From Patescibacteria group bacterium (GTDB taxonomy: Bacteria; Patescibacteriota; Patescibacteriia; 2-02-FULL-49-11), in assembly GCA_041645165.1 (NCBI GenBank), contig JBAZQN010000008.1, positions 2,374-66,373 of the forward strand: DNA of 64,000 nt. The letters run 5' to 3'. The notes below the pieces were generated by a model. It did no database searches, was not told the DNA's origin, and saw only the letters and a program-made list of their open reading frames with translations. Both the position numbers and the translations under genes were made by a program. Shown here in pieces: positions 18,387 through 26,915 of this stretch; position 1 is the stretch's first letter, and each line of letters opens with the position of its first letter.

Positions 18387-18557
18387 CTATTTCTCCTCTT
18401 CCACGATGACCGTAGTAAAATTTCCTTGCGCGTCAATTCCAGTCACTTCTAGTGTCATGCCGCACTGTTCGCATTCAACAACTTCGCCTTTGCTTAAAGC
18501 GCCACGCTCATAATCAAGCTCATTTTTGCATTCAGGGCATGTGGTATGGTAATCCAT
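18387..18557 (-). CDS. LysW-like zinc-ribbon small protein (56 aa, absent from the ORF track)
   Basis: Hand translation: MDYHTTCPECKNELDYERGALSKGEVVECEQCGMTLEVTGIDAQGNFTTVIVEEEK*. Confidence 0.85.
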   Translation of the reverse strand: MDYHTTCPECKNELDYERGALSKGEVVECEQCGMTLEVTGIDAQGNFTTVIVEEEK

Positions 18558-18567
18558 ATGAAATATT

Positions 18568-18636
18568 GTTAAATTGTTACATTGCTGTACTGTTAAGCAA
18601 TAACAGTGTAGCCATATTACAGTGTATCAATCAATC
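18568..18636. repeat. Octamer-periodic imperfect palindrome
   Basis: ATTGTTAC ATTGCTGT ACTGTTAA / CAATAA CAGTGTAG; 18601-18614 is the exact reverse complement of 1791-1804. Confidence 0.75.
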
Positions 18637-18638
18637 CA

Positions 18639-19586
18639 ATGAAATTGCAACCCACCCCCCTTCAGAAATGCATTTTTCCTCTCCTCCCGGAAAACTGTAT
18701 GGGTAGAATAATATATATCAAGCGAGAGGACTTGAATCCTTCCGGTTCCCATAAAGATAGGGCGCTTTTTCCCTATGTCGATAAATTAGTGAAGAAGGGG
18801 GAGGAGGCATTTTGCCTAAGCTCTTCGGGCAACTTTGCCGTTTCTGCCGCGTATTATGCGCACCATCATACACAGGTTCAATTCCATCTTTTTCTTCCTC
18901 CAACGATTTCCCAAGAAAAAAAAGACAGATTAAACGAATACAAGACTGACAACGTAATTATTCACTGGTCAAAATTGGCAAAAAGCGAAGCAGGTCAATT
19001 TAGCCGTAAAACACATATACGTCTATTACGAGGGTCGAAGGACGATTGCTTACTTGAAGGGTACTATGAGTTAGTAAGAGAATTAGTAGAACAGACTAAA
19101 GGTAAAGGAGGGAGTGTTTTTATGGCTGTATCTTCAGGAACAATGTTGGTAGGGTTATGGGAGGGATTTCAAAATAATCCAAAATCCAAAATCTCCCGCC
19201 ATAGCGGGATCTCGCATATCTTAGAGAATCAGATTCAAGGTGCGGGACAAATACCCAATTTTTATATTGTGCAATCGACGAGGGTGCATCCTATCGCGAG
19301 TGAGTTTGATAGCGATTTTACGCCAACAAAATCTTCCATAGCATCAGCCATTGTGGATCGCGTCGCAAATCGTAAAGATCAGGTGGTCAACGCGGTTAAA
19401 GAAAGCCACGGATCGGGATGGATCGTATCTGATGAAGAAATTACAATTGCGATGAAAAAGTTAGCCGGAGTTCTGCATGAAAACGTGAGTCCGGAAAGCG
19501 CCATGTCGCTCGCGGGTTTACAAAAGGCTTGTTCAAAAGGTTTTCATGTAAAGAAACCGATTGTATTAATTTTTACTGGGAAATAG
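18639..19586 (+). CDS. Fold-type II PLP enzyme (threonine synthase / cysteine synthase family)
   Basis: IKREDLNPSGSHKDR, SSSGNFA, AVSSGTM, SPESAMSLAG, VLIFTG. Confidence 0.88.
   Translation: MKLQPTPLQKCIFPLLPENCMGRIIYIKREDLNPSGSHKDRALFPYVDKLVKKGEEAFCLSSSGNFAVSAAYYAHHHTQVQFHLFLPPTISQEKKDRLNEYKTDNVIIHWSKLAKSEAGQFSRKTHIRLLRGSKDDCLLEGYYELVRELVEQTKGKGGSVFMAVSSGTMLVGLWEGFQNNPKSKISRHSGISHILENQIQGAGQIPNFYIVQSTRVHPIASEFDSDFTPTKSSIASAIVDRVANRKDQVVNAVKESHGSGWIVSDEEITIAMKKLAGVLHENVSPESAMSLAGLQKACSKGFHVKKPIVLIFTGK
19195..19248 (+). repeat. GCGGGA palindromic element translated in frame
   Basis: CCCGCCATAGCGGGATCTCGCATATCTTAGAGAATCAGATTCAAGGTGCGGGAC, preceded by AATCCAA heptamers. Confidence 0.85.
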
Positions 19587-19590
19587 TATG

Positions 19591-19815
19591 CCCAGTTATA
19601 CAATATCCAAGAGGGAGGCTCATACCTTTAGATGGGAAATTAATAGATTTCTAAGAATCAGTTTGAGAGCATCGAAAAACGCTTTCATTGCCTCCCTCAT
19701 CAAACGCCAAACGTGATCTTCAAGCTTTGTTATGAATCAATTCTCCAAGGTCGCATTTATTTCATGGATTTATGCAATGCCAGCCCCGTTTGGCGTTGGA
19801 TATTGATATTCTGGG
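19591..19815 (+). mobile_element. Start-codon-inserted structured element, copy 2 (225 bp)
   Basis: TATG at 19587-19590 and 19816-19819; three stems covary with copy 1. Confidence 0.8.
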
Positions 19816-19816
19816 T

Positions 19817-21163
19817 ATGGCGTTTTTCTATATTACTCGCGACATTGAGCGCGCAGCAGGATTTTTGGGCATACGTAATGATTATTATGTGATTACCTAT
19901 CCAAGTCCGCTGGCAGAGGCAATAAAGCACAAATTTAGTAAGCAAATCATTTTAATAAATCAAGTTACAAGCAACAAGAAACAAGTTACAAAATTGAGAG
20001 TGCGAAGTACGCTCGCATTGATAAGGAGTGAATATGTGCAGGAAAAGGTTCATGAGTTGCCAGATAAAGAGCAACCGAATATTTTAGTGTTTAAAAATTC
20101 TCATCAGATTGAAGAAGAGTGCGAAAAATTAAATTGGAAGCTGCTAAATCCTTCCGCAGAACTTTCTGGGAAGATTGAAAATAAGATTAGTCAATATAGT
20201 TGGCTTAGAGAAGAAAAGAGCGCTTCACTTGAGGTATTGACTCCTATAAGCATTATTGGCGAGGTTGGTCAATTTGAATATGAAGATTTAATGCGCCAGT
20301 TTGGAAAAGATTTTATTATGCAATATAACATCGGCCATACTGGGTCTGGAACGAAACGTATTATCAATGAACAATTGTGGAAAAATGAGGTTGTAAGGTT
20401 TCCCAAACGTATAGTAAAGATTTCGGAGTATATTAAGGGTAGGATGTATACTATCAATGCATGTGTGATAGGGGATAATAATGTAGTATGTGGAGGCACT
20501 AGCGAACAGATCACAGGTTTGAAGGAGCTCACAGGCAATCAGCTAGCGACAGTTGGGAATGATTGGAACAGCGTGAGCGAAGAGACGCATAATAAGGTAA
20601 AAAAAATTGCCGTGGAAATAGGCAAATATATGATGCAGAACGGATGGAGGGGATTATTTGGCATTGACGTGATCATTGATGCGGCCGCAGACCGGGCATA
20701 TCTTATAGAAATAAACGCACGGCAGCCGGCATCGGTTAGCTTAGAGTCGCAATTACAAAATGAAAACGACGAAATAAATATTATGGAATGGCATGTAAAT
20801 ACGTTATGTGGTAATAACGCCCCCCAACCCCCTCTTATATTAAGAGGGAGAGATTGGAGAGTTACAGGATCTCAATTATTTTTCCGCAATATTGAAAATC
20901 ATCCAGTTTCGTTGCAAAATGAATTTTTGCCGGGTCGCTACAAGGCAGACAAACAAGGACATGAGTTTATTGAAAAAGCAACAAGTGTGGCTGAAACGCA
21001 AAAAGGTGAAATATTTGCTTTTTCGGTTTCTCAAAATGAAAAGGTAAAACCAGGCGGAGAACTCTTGAGAATACAGTCAAAACAAGGTATAGTTGACACG
21101 TTTGGTAAAAATTATCTCGATGTTATGAGAAGTATTCGTAAAGAAATACAGATTGAAATATGA
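19817..21163 (+). CDS. ATP-grasp domain protein
   Basis: IENKISQY, GHTGSGT, SEYIKG, GLFGIDVI, YLIEINARQPAS. Confidence 0.88.
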   Translation: MAFFYITRDIERAAGFLGIRNDYYVITYPSPLAEAIKHKFSKQIILINQVTSNKKQVTKLRVRSTLALIRSEYVQEKVHELPDKEQPNILVFKNSHQIEEECEKLNWKLLNPSAELSGKIENKISQYSWLREEKSASLEVLTPISIIGEVGQFEYEDLMRQFGKDFIMQYNIGHTGSGTKRIINEQLWKNEVVRFPKRIVKISEYIKGRMYTINACVIGDNNVVCGGTSEQITGLKELTGNQLATVGNDWNSVSEETHNKVKKIAVEIGKYMMQNGWRGLFGIDVIIDAAADRAYLIEINARQPASVSLESQLQNENDEINIMEWHVNTLCGNNAPQPPLILRGRDWRVTGSQLFFRNIENHPVSLQNEFLPGRYKADKQGHEFIEKATSVAETQKGEIFAFSVSQNEKVKPGGELLRIQSKQGIVDTFGKNYLDVMRSIRKEIQIEI

Positions 21164-21912
21164 TCTTCACATTGCCAGAATTCTGCCAAAATGTAATGAA
21201 CGCCTATGAATCTCTTGATTTCGGTCTTAGGCGTCATGTGAGGTGTCCTTATTACATGAATGCAGGGGTTCGGAAACGCGCAGCATCTGCGGTCGAATCG
21301 GGAAAGGGATCGCCGGAAGAGATTATAAAAGAAGTGAAATCATGCGCGCTGATTAAGAAAATTGATTTAGCCAAACTTTCAGGAAATGAAATTAGGCAAT
21401 TGATGGTTGACGAACGCATAGGCATTGATTGTTCGGGATTGGTCTCCCATATTCTTGATCCATGGGTAAAGGAAGCATCCCATACCACACTTGGACAGTC
21501 ATTGCTGCGCACGCAATATTCATTAAAAAGAAAATTATTATTACATTTTCGCCCTTTTCAGAATATTGACGTCACATTGCTTACCTCCCTGGAAAATGCG
21601 CATGGTGTTTTGCTCACTGATATTAAGCCTGGCGATTTGATACGCACGCGCGGGGGGAAACACGTGCTTCTTATTTATGAAGTTGAAAAAGACCAAGAGC
21701 GTATCATTTCCTTTTCCTTTGTTCATTCAAGCGACCGTTTTGGAGATAACTCGGGAATACAGCGAGGAAAAGTTCTCTTTACGAATTCCAGGGGTGAGCT
21801 TCATGAACAACAATGGCAGGAATCATTGCCAGACCAGAAACCTGCGTTAGAAGGTTGGCTTGAAGAAAGAGAAAAAAACGGGATTTTTAGACTGAAATGC
21901 GTGGCTTTATGA
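21160..21912 (+). CDS. NlpC/P60-like cysteine peptidase
   Basis: GIDCSGLV, PGDLI, KHVLL, FVHSS. Confidence 0.72.
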   Translation: MIFTLPEFCQNVMNAYESLDFGLRRHVRCPYYMNAGVRKRAASAVESGKGSPEEIIKEVKSCALIKKIDLAKLSGNEIRQLMVDERIGIDCSGLVSHILDPWVKEASHTTLGQSLLRTQYSLKRKLLLHFRPFQNIDVTLLTSLENAHGVLLTDIKPGDLIRTRGGKHVLLIYEVEKDQERIISFSFVHSSDRFGDNSGIQRGKVLFTNSRGELHEQQWQESLPDQKPALEGWLEEREKNGIFRLKCVAL

Positions 21913-23027
21913 CATCTTTGAATATTATTGTAATAAGTTTAGGTTATCTCATTCTTGCCTGCGTCGTCGCGTTTGCGTGGGCGCCGTTGTTAACCACGAT
22001 CCTGTACCGTTGGAAAATATTGCGTACAGGCGACCACAGGTTTGCCATCCCGCTTCCCGGACGCCAAGCAAAACACGGGACTCCTATCATGGGAGGATTA
22101 TTGGTGGTGGTCACCGTGGCGGCGTTAAGCTTCTTATTTAATTGGAACCAGCGTTTCACGTGGGTTCCTATTGGCGTGATGCTTCTCTCTAGCGCGCTGG
22201 GAGGCATTGATGACATATTGAATATTTATGGAAGCAAACGGCTCATGCGATCCCTTGAGCATACGATGACTCTCGCGCGCGTCCATCGTGATTGGTGGAT
22301 GAGATGGTATTACCGCCTTTCCATCCCATGGGTTGCCTATAAGCGTTTCTTTTTTCACATGGGCTCTTATCCGGGGAAGGGGATACAAGCGCATGAAAAA
22401 ATATTGTTTCAATTCATTGCAGGTGCGATTACTGCATGGTGGATCTACGCAAAGCTTGGTCCTGAATGGAAAGCCATTTGGTTGCCATGGAGCGGAGAGC
22501 TTTCATTGGGGATACTTCTCGTTCCCCTCATCATTCTTACGGTTATGGCAACGGCTAATGCGGTTAATATTGCCGATGGGCTTGACGGTTTGGCGGGAGG
22601 TACGCTGCTCACTGCGTTTGGCGGCTTGCTTATGCTCTCATGGATACAAGGGAACGTGGCATTCGCCATCCTCAATGCCACGGTGATAGGAAGCCTCTTT
22701 ACGTATACCTATTTTAATATCAAACCTGCGCGGTTCCAGATGGGTGACGTGGGATCATTGGGCCTTGGTGCGCTGTTGGCAGTTATGAGTATCGCGCAAA
22801 ACCGCATTGCGGTGCTGCCGTTGTTCGGATTTATTTTTTTTATAGAGCTCGCAAGTGTTATTATCCAATCAATTGGCAAGCGCATTCTCAACAAACGGAT
22901 ATTTATTCTTGCCCCTCTCCATCATCATTTTGAAGCACGCGGCTGGAGCGAAGAAAAAATTGTGATGCGCGCATGGGTGCTGAATGCCATCGCAGTTATG
23001 ATCGGGATATGGGTAGCGTTACATTGA
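21909..23027 (+). CDS. mraY: Phospho-N-acetylmuramoyl-pentapeptide transferase
   Basis: KHGTPIMGG, GIDD, NAVNIADGLDGL, FQMGDVGS, APLHHHFE. Confidence 0.95.
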   Translation: MTSLNIIVISLGYLILACVVAFAWAPLLTTILYRWKILRTGDHRFAIPLPGRQAKHGTPIMGGLLVVVTVAALSFLFNWNQRFTWVPIGVMLLSSALGGIDDILNIYGSKRLMRSLEHTMTLARVHRDWWMRWYYRLSIPWVAYKRFFFHMGSYPGKGIQAHEKILFQFIAGAITAWWIYAKLGPEWKAIWLPWSGELSLGILLVPLIILTVMATANAVNIADGLDGLAGGTLLTAFGGLLMLSWIQGNVAFAILNATVIGSLFTYTYFNIKPARFQMGDVGSLGLGALLAVMSIAQNRIAVLPLFGFIFFIELASVIIQSIGKRILNKRIFILAPLHHHFEARGWSEEKIVMRAWVLNAIAVMIGIWVALH

Positions 23028-23122
23028 TAAATTCCAAATCCCAATATCCAATTCCCAATAAAGCTCCAAGCCCCAATTTCCAAAATTGATTATTTGACAT
23101 TTGGATTTTGAAATTGGGATTT
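23028..23122. repeat. Heptamer-periodic imperfect hairpin
   Basis: TTCCAAA TCCCAAT ATCCAAT TCCCAAT ... TTGGATT TTGAAAT TGGGATT. Confidence 0.85.
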
Positions 23123-23133
23123 ATTCACGAAAT

Positions 23134-24237
23134 ATGCCTCTCTCCTCAACCGTGCATGCCGTTGATTACAAACTCCTAGGACTTATATTATTACTGACCA
23201 TTTTTGGCCTCGTGATGCTCGCCTCTGCTTCAAACGTGCTTGGTTTTGAACGTTTTGGCGATACTTACTATTTCACCAAACAGCAGCTTTTACATGTAGG
23301 TGTTGGGTTGATCGCGATGCTGGTAAGCATAAAAATTTCACCTGCGCTATGGCAAAAATTGGCTTTCCCCGCATTTGCGGTGACGTTAGTATTGCTCGTA
23401 TTAGTGTTCATCCCCGGTATTGGCATCACCATAAATAATGCAAAAAGCTGGATCAATGTCGGCGTGAGTACCTTACAGCCGTCAGAAATTGCCAAACTTA
23501 CGTTTCTCCTCTACATATGCGTCTGGTTTAAAAAACGTAAAACACATCTTACCAGCACGCTCTACGGCCTTTTGCCTTTTTTGACCCTTCTGGGGCTGCT
23601 TGCAGGATTGGTGTTCCTGCAACCAGATCCAGGCACGGTAGCAATAATCATTATTATGTCACTCGGAGTATTTTATGGCGCAGGAGCCAAATATACCCAT
23701 ATATTTTCTCTTACAATTATTGCAGTTATGCTTATTGGTTCTGCTATCCTTATTTCACCTTATCGTAAAGACAGGGTTGCGGTGTTTTTAAACCCTGAGA
23801 GAGACCCTACCGGCGTTGGGTACCACGTAAATCAATCCATGATTGCGATTGGCTCCGGCGGTTGGTGGGGTTTGGGATTAGGAAAATCTCGCCAAAAATT
23901 CAGCTATTTGCCGGAATCAGCAGGCGACTCGATTTTTGCGGTTATTGGTGAAGAAGGCGGATTTATCGTATCTGTGGGATTGATAATTCTTTTAGGGATA
24001 TTGATCTATAGACTATTTGATATAGCATCAAGGGTGCCGGATGAATTTAGCCGTTACTTTGTGTTGGGCGTTATTTTTTGGATTGGGGTCCAGTCATTTG
24101 TAAATATGGCCGCGATGATAGGAATTGTTCCGCTCACCGGTCTTCCTTTGCCCCTGGTGAGTTTTGGGGGGACCGCGGTACTCAGTACACTTACTGCGTT
24201 GGGTGTTTGTCTAAGCATATCTCGCACTACTGCATAA
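23134..24237 (+). CDS. ftsW: SEDS protein FtsW
   Basis: GLVMLASAS, LQPSEIAK, LQPDPGT, LPESAGDSIFA, PLTGLPLPLVSFGG. Confidence 0.93.
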   Translation: MPLSSTVHAVDYKLLGLILLLTIFGLVMLASASNVLGFERFGDTYYFTKQQLLHVGVGLIAMLVSIKISPALWQKLAFPAFAVTLVLLVLVFIPGIGITINNAKSWINVGVSTLQPSEIAKLTFLLYICVWFKKRKTHLTSTLYGLLPFLTLLGLLAGLVFLQPDPGTVAIIIIMSLGVFYGAGAKYTHIFSLTIIAVMLIGSAILISPYRKDRVAVFLNPERDPTGVGYHVNQSMIAIGSGGWWGLGLGKSRQKFSYLPESAGDSIFAVIGEEGGFIVSVGLIILLGILIYRLFDIASRVPDEFSRYFVLGVIFWIGVQSFVNMAAMIGIVPLTGLPLPLVSFGGTAVLSTLTALGVCLSISRTTA

Positions 24238-24244
24238 TAATATT

Positions 24245-25324
24245 ATGAAGATACGTCCAATTATTTTTTCAGGAGGAGGAACCCTTGGATCAGTCATGCC
24301 GTTGGTCAGCGTTATCGAACAATTCAAAAAGCGCTATTCAAATGAAATATGTTGGTGCGGCACGTATAAAGGGCCTGAGCGAAACGTGCTTCGTTCGCTG
24401 TCAATCCATTATACGCCTTTTTTAGGCGGTAAATTCCGCAGGTATATTTCATGGAAAACATTCATTGATCCGCTCTTCATAGTAATGGGGTTTTTCCAAT
24501 CGGTGTTTTTTTTCTTATTCAAAAAACCTGTTGCGATAGTTTCTGCGGGAAGCTTTATTTCAGTGCCCCTCCTGTGGGTAGCGTGGTTTTTTCAAATCCC
24601 CACCATTGCATTACAGCTTGACGTTAAGCTTGGTTTGGCGAATCGTCTGGTACTCCCATTCCTTTCGCAATTTGGGTCTCTGTTCCCTTTGCCCCAACAT
24701 TCCGTCCCCATAGCATGCCCTGTGCGGAGTGCCATTCTCGCACTATCCAGTGAGAGGGATAAAATGAAAAAGGAAGCCCTGCTCCGATTTTCATTTGCCA
24801 CAAAGCCCACCATTCTCGTCTTAGGCGGAGGAATTGGCGCTGAACCGCTGAACGCACTTGTGCAGGAATCAATCCATAGCCTCCTTCTCACGTTTAACGT
24901 TTTACACAGTACAGGAACATCAATTAGCCAGAAGGGTAAGCAATTATCCGGATATCGAGCACAGCCATTTTTTGGCGATGATCTGATCTTTGCTTACGCG
25001 GCCGCAGACATAATTATCAGCCGTGCGGGCATGGGCACCATTACTGAAGCCGCCGCTCTCAAAGCGCCGCTCATCCTTATACCGCTTCCACATTCTCCAC
25101 AGGAGCACAATGCTGTACTGCTTGCCAAGTCCGGCGCTGCAGTGGTCCTGCATCAAAATAATTTGACATCTTCCATGTTTATTAATACCCTCACGAAACT
25201 ATTAGCTGATCAAGTTTCCCTTAATGCGCTAGGTGCTTCTCTTCACAGAGCTATTCCGGTCGATGACGGTTCATCGGTGATTTCACTGATAAATAATTGT
25301 TCACCAAAACTTATAACACGATAA
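24245..25324 (+). CDS. murG: MurG glycosyltransferase
   Basis: SGGGTLGSVMP, GLANR, LVLGGGIGA, ISRAGMGT, QEHNA. Confidence 0.9.
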   Translation: MKIRPIIFSGGGTLGSVMPLVSVIEQFKKRYSNEICWCGTYKGPERNVLRSLSIHYTPFLGGKFRRYISWKTFIDPLFIVMGFFQSVFFFLFKKPVAIVSAGSFISVPLLWVAWFFQIPTIALQLDVKLGLANRLVLPFLSQFGSLFPLPQHSVPIACPVRSAILALSSERDKMKKEALLRFSFATKPTILVLGGGIGAEPLNALVQESIHSLLLTFNVLHSTGTSISQKGKQLSGYRAQPFFGDDLIFAYAAADIIISRAGMGTITEAAALKAPLILIPLPHSPQEHNAVLLAKSGAAVVLHQNNLTSSMFINTLTKLLADQVSLNALGASLHRAIPVDDGSSVISLINNCSPKLITR

Positions 25325-25350
25325 TTCACAATATTGGAACTTCAATCTTT

Positions 25351-25418
25351 CGCGTTATTCTGCGTCATCATCAGCGTTCTTCCGCATCTATGAGGCATAG
25401 AAGCAGATGCACGCAGAA
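25351..25418. repeat. GCGT/ACGC periodic imperfect palindrome
   Basis: TTCTGCGT...ACGCAGAA; similar units at 46396-46430 and 54139-54288. Confidence 0.6.
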
Positions 25419-25441
25419 GTAAACTAAAGTATGTAATTTAT

Positions 25442-26854
25442 ATGGTAATGCATAAAAAACAAGTTGATTTTTCTAAAGTGTCCAACATATATTTTATCGG
25501 CATAGGCGACGAATTTTGTGCTGCAATAGCCGAATGTCTGCATCATTGGGGGAAAAAAGTCAGCGGTTCCGATACAGTGGCAAACGCGCGCACTGCGCAT
25601 CTTTCCCAAATAGGAATAATGTGCCATATTAGTCCGTCACAATCCTTTGTCCCCGTACACACTGATATGGTCATTTTTTCACCGCGTGCGCATACGCACC
25701 CTGATGTCCTTAACGCCAAGCACTGGGGATTGCCTTTACACACTCCCTATGAATGTATCGGATTCATGAGTACGATCCGCACCACCATAGCAGTATCCGG
25801 CTGCCATGGCAAAACTACGGTGGCGGCTTACATAGGTTCGCTGCTTGAAAAAGCGGGTCGCGACCCAAGCGTCGTGGTAAGGACCGATGTTGACGCCTGG
25901 AAAAGCAATGTGCGCACCGGTTTCGGCAGTTATTTTGTGGTAGAAGCCGATGAGAATAAGAAGCATTTCCTTTCGCTCGTTCCCTCGATAGCGTTGTTCC
26001 TGAACATAGAACCGGATCATTTGGACTATTTTGAAAATATACAAAATATCATCAATGCATACCACGCCTTTGCGAAAAATGTAAAACGCGATGGCGCGGT
26101 TATCGCCAATGGCGATGATGAAAATATCATAGCTGCACTTAAAAAAGTTAATAACCGCATTATTTGGTTTGGCCGGCGTGAAGGCGTCGACGTGCGAGCG
26201 TTGAACGTGCAGTCGACGCGAGGACGCACTTCTTTTTCCGTGCACATCAAAAAGGGTGAGCACGATGAAGAATACCATATGGAACTGCCAGGCGAACACC
26301 AGCTTACTAATGCGCTTGCCGTTATTGCCACCGCTCATTATCTGGAGATTCCTTTTAATCTTGCACGTGAAATACTCCTTTCCTACCATGGCGCCAATAG
26401 GCATGTAAGCCTTATAGGAAAGGCAAATGGCATCGATGTTATAGATGACGCAGCAGATTATCCATCAACCATTAAAACTGTTCTTAAAGGCATTAAAGAA
26501 CAATACCCGGATAAGCCTCTTTGGTGCATATTCCAAGCCTATGGCAAAAAACGCACAGACTTTATGCAGGATGAGCTCGCACAAGCTTTTACCCATGCAG
26601 ACCATGTGATTCTTCGCCCTGTGAAAATGAACGATGAGGAAAGAGGCGGGGTTTCGTCTTCTCATAACCTAATCCACGCGGTCAAGGCGTATCATCCATT
26701 GGTAACCGACGGTCAAAATGACTATACATTGGCAAAAATTCTGGCTCAAATTCCTTCTAGTGCCGTATTGGTAACCATGGGCGCAGAACCGGTGAGAAGC
26801 GTAGGCGAGCATTTCTTAAAGCTTAGGCAGAAAAAACACAGTGTAGATACTTGA
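25442..26854 (+). CDS. murC: MurC-family ligase with divergent motifs
   Basis: SGCHGKTT, VEADE and IEPDHLDY are intact; GIGDEFC and DDAADYP deviate from the consensus. Confidence 0.75.
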   Translation: MVMHKKQVDFSKVSNIYFIGIGDEFCAAIAECLHHWGKKVSGSDTVANARTAHLSQIGIMCHISPSQSFVPVHTDMVIFSPRAHTHPDVLNAKHWGLPLHTPYECIGFMSTIRTTIAVSGCHGKTTVAAYIGSLLEKAGRDPSVVVRTDVDAWKSNVRTGFGSYFVVEADENKKHFLSLVPSIALFLNIEPDHLDYFENIQNIINAYHAFAKNVKRDGAVIANGDDENIIAALKKVNNRIIWFGRREGVDVRALNVQSTRGRTSFSVHIKKGEHDEEYHMELPGEHQLTNALAVIATAHYLEIPFNLAREILLSYHGANRHVSLIGKANGIDVIDDAADYPSTIKTVLKGIKEQYPDKPLWCIFQAYGKKRTDFMQDELAQAFTHADHVILRPVKMNDEERGGVSSSHNLIHAVKAYHPLVTDGQNDYTLAKILAQIPSSAVLVTMGAEPVRSVGEHFLKLRQKKHSVDT

Positions 26855-26915
26855 ATATCGCATTAAAAGGTGTACACTATTTATTATTAACTTGTCGAAT
26901 CATAACTTATACGAT

